This document shows, piece by piece, positions 56,274 through 64,000 of a stretch of DNA of 64,000 nt; position 1 is the stretch's first letter; every line of letters starts with the position of its first letter. The translations under genes and the position numbers were made by a program. Below the pieces are notes generated by a model. It was not told the DNA's origin. It searched no databases and saw only the letters and a list, made by a program, of their open reading frames with translations. The stretch comes from a virus (taxonomy: Duplodnaviria > Caudoviricetes). Where the stretch lies: the IMG/VR virus record IMGVR_UViG_3300021387_000090, positions 90,700-154,699 of that record, one strand, 5' to 3'.

Positions 56274-57503
56274 TTGAACATAGAAAATGAATTAAAATTG
56301 GTTGGTCTAACGCCTGAAGATTATGAGAATTTTCTTCAGGATTGTGAAGATAAAATTAATGGAATGACAGATCTTGATTGGAGTGAAATAATTGAAAAAT
56401 ATAATCTACCTTTTGATCGTAGACGTATATCAGAGTCTATGGGCAGGAATATATTGGGTGGGAACTTTGTTCGTGAATTCTATAAAAACCAACTCGTTAA
56501 TAAATCATCAGATGATGTGGTAAAAGAACTAATATCCAAGGAACAAGATATATATAAGGCTAAACGTAAGCTTCAAGATGAGCGTAATGAATTGAATAAA
56601 GTCCTTCGGGAAGAAGCCAGATATGAAGAAAATCTCAGATTGTTTGAAGAGAGGTTATCAAATATTGGCAAGCAAAGATATCCTTTAGAGTTAGAGCCAA
56701 CTTTTAGTTTTAAGAATAGTGCTGTTGATAATAACACTCTTCTTTGCTGTCTTTCAGATTTGCATATTGGTTTAGAATATAATACTTCTACTGGTAAATA
56801 TAGTGTGGAAATTGCAACAAATAGATTAGCTCAGTATATTGAAGAAATAAAGAAAATTGCTAAACGACATTTTGTAAACAAATGTGTGGTAGTCCTTTTA
56901 GGAGATTGTATAAGCGGTAATTTGCATTTAACACTTCAGATTTCTAACAGAGAAAATGTAGTTGATCAGACAATGACAGCTTGTGAAGTTATTGCAGATT
57001 TTGTTTACAAACTGAAAGAGATAATTCCCACTATTGAAATATATAGCGTTCCGGGAAATCATAGTCGTATTGAAAAAAATAAAGACGATGCGTTGTTGAA
57101 TGAAAAATTAGATAATATAATTCCTTGGTTTTTGGCTCATATATTTGAGCATGATAAAGAAATCTATGTCGGCCTTAAAGAGGCTGATGATACATATAGC
57201 TATTTCAATATTGATGGTAAAGATTATGCTATTCTTCATGGTGACTTTGATGGTATTAGTGATACAGAGGTACAAAGATTCTGTGCCTTTATTGGAAAAT
57301 TCCCATATGCTATTATTATGGGACATAAGCACCACCCAGCCATGAACGAAGTATCAGGTATTAAGGTGATTCAATGTGGCAGTCTTATGGGATCTGGTGA
57401 TGATTATACCAGACGAAAAAGACTTACTGGTAAAGCATCACAAACTGTATTAATTTGTAATGATATGGGGATAGAAGCAATATATCCTATTGAATTGGTT
57501 TGA
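56274..57503 (+). CDS. Calcineurin-like metallophosphoesterase (YonJ-like)
   Basis: SDLHIG, LGDCISG, PGNHSR, HGD and GHKH motifs. Confidence 0.85.
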   Translation: MNIENELKLVGLTPEDYENFLQDCEDKINGMTDLDWSEIIEKYNLPFDRRRISESMGRNILGGNFVREFYKNQLVNKSSDDVVKELISKEQDIYKAKRKLQDERNELNKVLREEARYEENLRLFEERLSNIGKQRYPLELEPTFSFKNSAVDNNTLLCCLSDLHIGLEYNTSTGKYSVEIATNRLAQYIEEIKKIAKRHFVNKCVVVLLGDCISGNLHLTLQISNRENVVDQTMTACEVIADFVYKLKEIIPTIEIYSVPGNHSRIEKNKDDALLNEKLDNIIPWFLAHIFEHDKEIYVGLKEADDTYSYFNIDGKDYAILHGDFDGISDTEVQRFCAFIGKFPYAIIMGHKHHPAMNEVSGIKVIQCGSLMGSGDDYTRRKRLTGKASQTVLICNDMGIEAIYPIELV

Positions 57504-57588
57504 AATAGAGCCGTTAGCACCTCTCATTGAAGTGGCCCATTAACGGCCATTTGTTTGTGCCTTAATAAGCGCTTATTGAGGCACTATT

Positions 57589-57661
57589 GTCTTATTGGTG
57601 TTAGTGGAAAGCATACCAGTCTTCCAAACTGGTGGGATCAGTTCGAATCTGATATGAGACT
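57589..57661 (+). tRNA. tRNA-Gly(TCC)
   Basis: GTCTTAT/ATGAGAC-T acceptor; CCAGT-CT-TCC-AA-ACTGG. Confidence 0.85.
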
Positions 57662-57665
57662 TTAT

Positions 57666-57738
57666 CGCAGATTACGTTGGAACGGCCCCACGATGGGTTC
57701 ATATCCCATGAAACCAAGTTCGACTCTTGGATCTGCTA
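57666..57738 (+). tRNA. tRNA-Met(CAT), initiator-like
   Basis: C1:U72 mismatch, three G-C pairs in anticodon stem ATGGG-TT-CAT-AT-CCCAT; weak D arm. Confidence 0.75.
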
Positions 57739-57771
57739 TTAAGGAATAAAATAGAATAAGGAGGTGGTCAT

Positions 57772-59079
57772 TTGGCTACCAAAAGTAAGAACGCTAAATC
57801 AGCAAAAATGAAACCCATTAGTGAGGTCAAATTGACTGCTGACGAAGCTAGAAAAAGAGTTGTTGAACTTGAAGAAGAGTTGAAATTGGAAAAGGATAAA
57901 ATATGGTGTCATTTATGTGGTAAGAAAAAACGGCCTGAAATGTTTTATATTGATACAGATGCCCGTTCTCAAAGTGGGTACACAGCTATATGTAAAGATT
58001 GTGCCAAGGCTCTCGCTGAAAGAAGAGATGTGAATGGGGATACTCATACTGTAACTAAGGATAGTTTAGCATTGGCAATGTTTTATCTTAACAAACCAGT
58101 GTATGATAGTTTATGGGACTCTAGCGTAGCAGAGTCATTAAATGAGCATAATGGTAATCCTAAAAATAATCCATATACGGCATATATAAAAAATGTCCAA
58201 ATGATTAATTATCTTGGTGACACATATTTAGATTCTGATATTTTTAAAGTTCATATTAAATATGAAGATGAAAAGACTGCCGAAGATGTAATGCGTGGTC
58301 GTGAAGATCAAGATACTTATACAGATTTTCTTAAAAATAAAGCTGATGTTACTCGGCTTCTATCTTACGATCCTTTTGAAAAAGAAGCAATTTCTGATCA
58401 GCCTTTTTTATATTCTCAATTACTTGGATTGTTAGATGCCAGTGAAGAGGGAAACGATGATATGATGCGTACTGCTAGTTGCATTAGTATTGTTCGTAAC
58501 TTTCTTCAATCCCAAAAAATAGATGATACTATTGCTAAATTGATGGGGGATCTCAGCCAAGTGCAAAATAATTCAGCTACTATTAAAAGTTTGCAGGATA
58601 GTAAGGCTAAAATAGTCTCGCAGATAAAAGACCTTGCGGCAGAAAGTTGTATTAGTTTGAAAAATAGCAAAAATGCCAAAAAAGGTGAAAATACTTGGAC
58701 TGGTAAAATTAAAAAGATTCGGGATCTTAATCTTCGAGCAGCTAATGTTAATGGTTTTGATATTCAAACTTGTCGTGGTATGCAACAAGTTCAGGAAGCC
58801 AGTGACGCTTCTATTCTGAAGCAACTAGCTTTGGATGAGTCTGAATGGTCAGATATGGTTGCAGAAATGAGACAAGTCATTGTTGATTTAAGGAAGCAAC
58901 TTGCCCAGTATAAAGAAATCAACAGAATATTACTTCAAGAGAATCTGGACTTAAAAGATTATCTTGAAGATAATAATATGAAACCAGAACAGAAATATGT
59001 AGATTTGAAAAGTATATATTCTGTATTTGCGAATTTAGATGAAGATGAGGAGGTATCTGACGATGCTGACTCAGAATAA
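57772..59079 (+). CDS. Zinc-finger protein upstream of terminase (YonG-like; candidate small terminase)
   Basis: CHLC...CKDC motifs; overlaps the terminase start. Confidence 0.55.
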   Translation: MATKSKNAKSAKMKPISEVKLTADEARKRVVELEEELKLEKDKIWCHLCGKKKRPEMFYIDTDARSQSGYTAICKDCAKALAERRDVNGDTHTVTKDSLALAMFYLNKPVYDSLWDSSVAESLNEHNGNPKNNPYTAYIKNVQMINYLGDTYLDSDIFKVHIKYEDEKTAEDVMRGREDQDTYTDFLKNKADVTRLLSYDPFEKEAISDQPFLYSQLLGLLDASEEGNDDMMRTASCISIVRNFLQSQKIDDTIAKLMGDLSQVQNNSATIKSLQDSKAKIVSQIKDLAAESCISLKNSKNAKKGENTWTGKIKKIRDLNLRAANVNGFDIQTCRGMQQVQEASDASILKQLALDESEWSDMVAEMRQVIVDLRKQLAQYKEINRILLQENLDLKDYLEDNNMKPEQKYVDLKSIYSVFANLDEDEEVSDDADSE

Positions 59080-61108
59080 TATATGGGTTCCAGATAATTA
59101 TGATAAAGATTTCTACCAAGATTATGGGGTATTTGTAAAGCCAATTGATTATCCTCTTTCTCAAAGAAAAATAGATGGACTATTGGCAATTGCAGAAATG
59201 CAAAAATATTTTCAATGTAATCCTGTAAAAATGATAGATATAATGTTCAATATCGAATTATTAGACGGTCAGGCATTAATGGTACAGCGCTCATGGTTTT
59301 GTCCTAATGTCTTATACGTTTGTACAAGATCATATGGTAAGTCTACCGTAATCGATTTGGAAACAATGGCAAAAGATATGGCTTTTACTAATGTATGGAC
59401 ATATATAGCCAGTGGTACAGGGGGACAAGCTGAACAAACCTTTATGACTTTAGAGAAACTTGCAAATGATAATATAGATACTTTTGCGGGATCAACAGGA
59501 TATATTTTTAAAGATGAAATAGAGGTGAAGAATGCTGCGGGTGATGGTTTTAGTCATTCTTCTAATGGTTTTTCATATTCTACTTATAATGGTTCACAGA
59601 CTATTACTTTAAATTCAAATATAGACGCTCGAAGAGGCGCTCGTGGTACTGTAATATTTGATGAATGCGGTTTTTTGTCAAGTGAAATGATTGCGGTCTA
59701 TGGCGCTTTTGCTGTAACTAATAAAAGTTTAAAAACGGGTAAAGATTCTTCAGGTAAATCTATTGACCCAATTAGGCAAAGAACTTTTGCTACGAATCTT
59801 CCTTATCAGAAATTTTATATATCTTCTGCCTCTAGTACAGATACTGAATTTTATAAATTGTATAGAGATTTCGCAAAACAACAAATTATGGGGAATCCCG
59901 ATTTTGTTGTTTTGCATATAGATTGTGAGCAAGCGTTTAAACCAACTCTTCATGGAGAATTAATTACTCCTCTTCTTTCTCGTTCTACAGTTGAATCTGA
60001 AATGCGTAGAAATCCTGAAAAGGCTAGACGGGAATATTATTGTATATTTACTGCGGATGTTGGTGCTGATGCCATTATTCGTAGAGGTGTTATTACTCGT
60101 AATGAAGAAACTCGCAGACCATTGTTAGAAAACGATACAGGGAAAAAGAAATTTGTTCTTGCATATGACCCCGCTAGAACCAGAGATAATAGTGTTATTG
60201 GTGTTGGTGAAATATATCATGATATAGATGAAAATGGTAATGATGATATTAAGATGAGAATTTGTAATTGCATGAATTTAATGGATGTTGGTAAAAAAAT
60301 AAAATCTCCTATGCAAACGCCTGATCAAATTGATTATTTAAAGCAATTAATTCTTAAATACAATGCTAATGCCGATAATTATGAAAATCTTATAGGTATT
60401 TATATTGATGCTGGTTCTGGTGGTGGTGGTGTAAATATTGCAGATTTTCTTATGGAAGATTGGGCTGATAAAGCGGGTAATATGCATCGTGGATTAATAG
60501 ATAAAGAATATTCTGCTGATTATGTAAAACGCTTTCCAAACGCTGTAGATAAAATTCATTTAATGGCTCCGTCTGCTTATAAGTCTGAAATGGCAGAGGC
60601 ATTAATTGAATTGGTGAACCAGAATAAAATTAGTTTTACAGCGCCTTATGATAATAAAGGTTATTTGACTGTATTTGATACCGATGAAGATAAACTTCAA
60701 AAGGCCAAAGAAGAAATAACCAAAAAATTAAAAAAGAAAAAATTGAGTAAAACTCAATTCGATGAACAATTACAAGAAGAATTATCAAAAATTCAATCTG
60801 TTTCCACCCGTATTGAAAAGTTAGATTGGGAAGAGGAAATGGCATTGGCTAACATAGATGCCATGAAAGAGGAGACAGTTAATATTGTTAGAAAGAAAAG
60901 AGAATCTGGTAGAGATTCTTTTGATTTAGCACCTGAAAAAGCAGGAAAGCTAAAAGATGACCGTTTCTATATTCTTATAATGATGGCATACGCTCTTCAA
61001 CAAGAAAGGCGTAAGCATTTAATGAAAAAGAAAGAAACAACTGATACGGAATCTCTTTTAGATAAAATTATTATTCGAGGTGCAAAAAGAGAATCTAACT
61101 GGAAATAA
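59063..61108 (+). CDS. terL: Terminase large subunit
   Basis: CTRSYGKS Walker A, VIFDECG Walker B, YISSAS, nuclease AYDPARTRDNS, IDAGSGGGG and KDDRF. Confidence 0.9.
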   Translation: MLTQNNIWVPDNYDKDFYQDYGVFVKPIDYPLSQRKIDGLLAIAEMQKYFQCNPVKMIDIMFNIELLDGQALMVQRSWFCPNVLYVCTRSYGKSTVIDLETMAKDMAFTNVWTYIASGTGGQAEQTFMTLEKLANDNIDTFAGSTGYIFKDEIEVKNAAGDGFSHSSNGFSYSTYNGSQTITLNSNIDARRGARGTVIFDECGFLSSEMIAVYGAFAVTNKSLKTGKDSSGKSIDPIRQRTFATNLPYQKFYISSASSTDTEFYKLYRDFAKQQIMGNPDFVVLHIDCEQAFKPTLHGELITPLLSRSTVESEMRRNPEKARREYYCIFTADVGADAIIRRGVITRNEETRRPLLENDTGKKKFVLAYDPARTRDNSVIGVGEIYHDIDENGNDDIKMRICNCMNLMDVGKKIKSPMQTPDQIDYLKQLILKYNANADNYENLIGIYIDAGSGGGGVNIADFLMEDWADKAGNMHRGLIDKEYSADYVKRFPNAVDKIHLMAPSAYKSEMAEALIELVNQNKISFTAPYDNKGYLTVFDTDEDKLQKAKEEITKKLKKKKLSKTQFDEQLQEELSKIQSVSTRIEKLDWEEEMALANIDAMKEETVNIVRKKRESGRDSFDLAPEKAGKLKDDRFYILIMMAYALQQERRKHLMKKKETTDTESLLDKIIIRGAKRESNWK

Positions 61109-61159
61109 TCAATTGATTGTTACAAATCTCTATCATGAGGTTTGGTCAAGGAGGTGTCT

Positions 61160-62695
61160 ATGGCACAAGTAAAATCTTCTCCGAAGAAAGCCTCGGCATC
61201 TTCGGCTAAAGAAAATAAAAGATTAACTGTAGCAGAACAAAAACAGTTAATACAAGATTATGAAAAGGCTCAACAAAAATTACAAAAATTTGAAGAGGCC
61301 GAAAGAGATATCCATAAATTAAGGGATGTTAATAAATCTCAAACAAAAACAATAAGTGTTTTTAACAAAGAAACACTTAGACGATATATGCAAAGCTTGG
61401 GATCGAATGAAAATAATTTAAGAAATCTCTCATGGTATTTATTTTATCGTTCAATGACATATATGCGTCTTGTGCATTTTTATGCCAATATGTTTTATTT
61501 GAATGCACGTTCTGTGATCCCTCAATATGATTTGATTAAAATTCCTGATGCACAGAAAACTTTGAAATCATATCAAGAAACTCTTGATTGGATTGAGAGG
61601 ATGCATTTACAACAAGAATTTTATAGTATATATCTTACTTGTTTTATTCAAGATGTTTTTTATGGAATTTATTTAATTGATGAAACTGGAGTATTTATTT
61701 GGCAAATTCCTGCCAATTATGCTCGTATAGATGGTAAATATACAAGTGGTGATTTTGCCATAAGTATGGATGTTAGTTATCTTCGTTCTCGTCAAGAATT
61801 AATTGAATATATTCCTGAACCGTTTGATGCAATGTGGAAAGAATATGAACGTACAGGAATTAAGTGGCAACCAGTACCAGATGAATATGCAATTTGTTTG
61901 AAATATAGATATGAAGATTATGAAACGGTATTACCTCCGTTTTTAGCTGCTTTCAATGCATTAATTAATCTTGCTGATCTGGAAGATATTCAAGCTATTG
62001 CAGACGAACAGGAAATTTATAAAATGATTTGGTTGCAGATGGAAACTATTGGGGAAGATGTTGATGATTGGAAAGTTAATCCTGACTTAATGATGAAGTA
62101 TTTCCAACGAATGATTAATGAAGCGCTTCCTGATTATATTAGTGCCGCAATAGTTCCCGGAAAGTTAAATTCTATTGGATTTGAAGATCAAGCCGCTGGA
62201 GATACTACGAAGGTATCTAATGCTACAAAAACTGTATTAAATACAACTGGCGGTGCTGAAATTTTAAACGGAGAATCCATTTCTGGTACAGAAGCTTTTT
62301 TGTATTCTCAAATTGCAAATACAGAATTTGCAATTTCATCTCTTCTTCCACAGACTCAAGCTTTTGTTAATCGACAATTGAGTTATTTATGTGCGAATCC
62401 TTGTATCGTCAAATTTATGCCTGTTTCAGTTTATACTCGTCAACAATATAAAGAAGATATGTTAAAAGCGGGACAGTATTCATTGCCCACAAAGTTGGCT
62501 TATATGACACTTAACGGTTTTTCAGAGAAAGATACTTTGGCAATGCTCTTCTTAGAAAACGAAGTATTAAAATTGCAAGATGTTATGATTTATCCGTTAA
62601 ATTCTTCTTTTACTAATTCTGGCGTTGTAACGGAAGGTACAGACCCTGAAACAGGTGGTAGACCTAAAAAAGATGGATTAACATCAGAGGAATAA
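61160..62695 (+). CDS. Putative portal protein (YonE-like)
   Basis: About 510 aa directly after terL; LRNLSWYLF, C-terminal PLNSSFT...GGRPKK. Confidence 0.75.
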   Translation: MAQVKSSPKKASASSAKENKRLTVAEQKQLIQDYEKAQQKLQKFEEAERDIHKLRDVNKSQTKTISVFNKETLRRYMQSLGSNENNLRNLSWYLFYRSMTYMRLVHFYANMFYLNARSVIPQYDLIKIPDAQKTLKSYQETLDWIERMHLQQEFYSIYLTCFIQDVFYGIYLIDETGVFIWQIPANYARIDGKYTSGDFAISMDVSYLRSRQELIEYIPEPFDAMWKEYERTGIKWQPVPDEYAICLKYRYEDYETVLPPFLAAFNALINLADLEDIQAIADEQEIYKMIWLQMETIGEDVDDWKVNPDLMMKYFQRMINEALPDYISAAIVPGKLNSIGFEDQAAGDTTKVSNATKTVLNTTGGAEILNGESISGTEAFLYSQIANTEFAISSLLPQTQAFVNRQLSYLCANPCIVKFMPVSVYTRQQYKEDMLKAGQYSLPTKLAYMTLNGFSEKDTLAMLFLENEVLKLQDVMIYPLNSSFTNSGVVTEGTDPETGGRPKKDGLTSEE

Positions 62696-62937
62696 AGGGA
62701 ATGGTGATTAAATATGCCCAAAAAATTTATTTATACATCCTCAAAAGAGTCGGCAGATACTCTAAAGAAGTTAGGATTTATTGTGATTAACGAGTCATCC
62801 AATGGGTGGACTTTTATTTATGACAAAAAAATTACTTTTCAAAAAATAGATAATGTGATTTTTACAAATAAATTATCTGTTTGATCTCCTCTCCTAATGA
62901 GGAGTTTATATTATAAGGGAAAGGAGGTTAACCCGTT

Positions 62938-64000
62938 TTGAAAAAGATAATGACAATTTTTGATTTAGTTAAATTTTGTGAAGAGCAAAATTTCACAGAA
63001 TTTGATTCTAATAAATGTGGGTATCAATTATGTGTAAGTACACCTGCTACTTTTGAGATGGCAGAGGACGATAAAGATGATTCTATGTTATTCGCCAATA
63101 TTAGAGTGTTTCACACAAAACTAAATCGTAATGAATCGAATGTAACAAGGGATGCTATGAAAAATAGCTTATCAAGTTTTGCATATAAACCGATTCTTTG
63201 TAATTTTGTTACGTCAGATGAAAATGAAGATGAATTAGATTTTTCTGGACATGATATGGAAATTGACGAAGACGGAAATGTGGTTTATTTAGAAAAGCAG
63301 GTTGGCTGCATTACTGCTGATGAGCCTGTTATGAAATTAGATAAAGATACTGGTAGATATTATGCCTATGCAAAATGCGCTATTCCTAGAGAATATACCC
63401 CCGCTGCTGACATTATTGAACGTAGAAACGGAACAGATGTTTCTGCTGAATTATATGTAAATAAGATGTCTTATGATGCCAAGAAGAAGGAATTATTACT
63501 TGAAGATATTGAATTAGCAGCGGTAACTTTATTAGGCGCTTCTCATACACCCGGTATGGAAAAGGCTCGCTTACAGATTGAAGATTTTGCTGTAAAGGAT
63601 AATATTTCATTTGAACAAAATGATAAATTGATTGAAACTCTGAATGCTTTAAACAGAACGCTTGAGAGTTTTGATATAAATAAAACTTTCAGAAAGGAGG
63701 AAACGCCCATGAACAAGTTTGAAGAACTTCTTGAGAAGTATGGGAAAACCGTTGAAGATATCACATTTGAGTATGAGAGCTTATCTGACGAAGAGTTAGA
63801 AACCGCCTTTGTGAAAGCTTTTGATGATCCTGATGGCGGCTCTGATCCTGACCCCGATCTTGAAACTGGCGGTTTAGATGATACTGAAGATGCAGATGCA
63901 GATCAGGGTGCGGCAGATGATGTGACTGCAATGATTGAAGCTTTGCCAGAAAATCCTGATGCGAATGATCAATATACTGTTCAGGCAGCTAGAGATGCTT
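62938..64000 (+). CDS. Putative prohead protease/scaffold (YonD-like), truncated by the window end
   Basis: TTG start after AAGGAGG; HTKLNRNES, YKPIL, FSGHDM, VSAEL and TLLG...PGME motifs, then an acidic region; open to the end. Confidence 0.65.
   Translation, partial: MKKIMTIFDLVKFCEEQNFTEFDSNKCGYQLCVSTPATFEMAEDDKDDSMLFANIRVFHTKLNRNESNVTRDAMKNSLSSFAYKPILCNFVTSDENEDELDFSGHDMEIDEDGNVVYLEKQVGCITADEPVMKLDKDTGRYYAYAKCAIPREYTPAADIIERRNGTDVSAELYVNKMSYDAKKKELLLEDIELAAVTLLGASHTPGMEKARLQIEDFAVKDNISFEQNDKLIETLNALNRTLESFDINKTFRKEETPMNKFEELLEKYGKTVEDITFEYESLSDEELETAFVKAFDDPDGGSDPDPDLETGGLDDTEDADADQGAADDVTAMIEALPENPDANDQYTVQAARDA

Overview
The window is part of a large, AT-rich, SPbeta-like phage genome that probably infects Firmicutes (Clostridia-like ribosome binding sites and sigmaA-type promoters; standard genetic code). 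Positions 1 to ~41 kb are almost entirely minus strand. They carry a Sak4-like ATPase with an SSB-like gene, two tRNA/ncRNA clusters, a DUF551-type paralog run, a Ro60/TROVE gene, an SPbeta yopP/Q/R-like lysogeny cluster and about 70 small early genes. Genes switch to the plus strand at ~41.6-42.1 kb. That arm has a YonO-like single-subunit RNA polymerase split by an HNH-encoding group I intron, HU, tRNAs, a metallophosphoesterase, terminase, portal and the start of a head protein. The standout observation is a phage Ro60 gene flanked by five Y-RNA-like RNAs that share a covarying two-helix module (5' AGCGG..stem..ACUUC / 3' stem..UAUUC) but carry different cargo. Cargo types are D-anticodon-T arms with Tyr(GUA) or Thr(GGU) anticodons, a whole tRNA-Lys(UUU) cloverleaf, a Ser(UGA) anticodon hairpin, and a non-tRNA loop. 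A sixth, circularly permuted copy is grafted into the anticodon arm of a tRNA scaffold 8 kb away. All structures were folded by eye and protein family calls come from motif recognition; no database searches were run.
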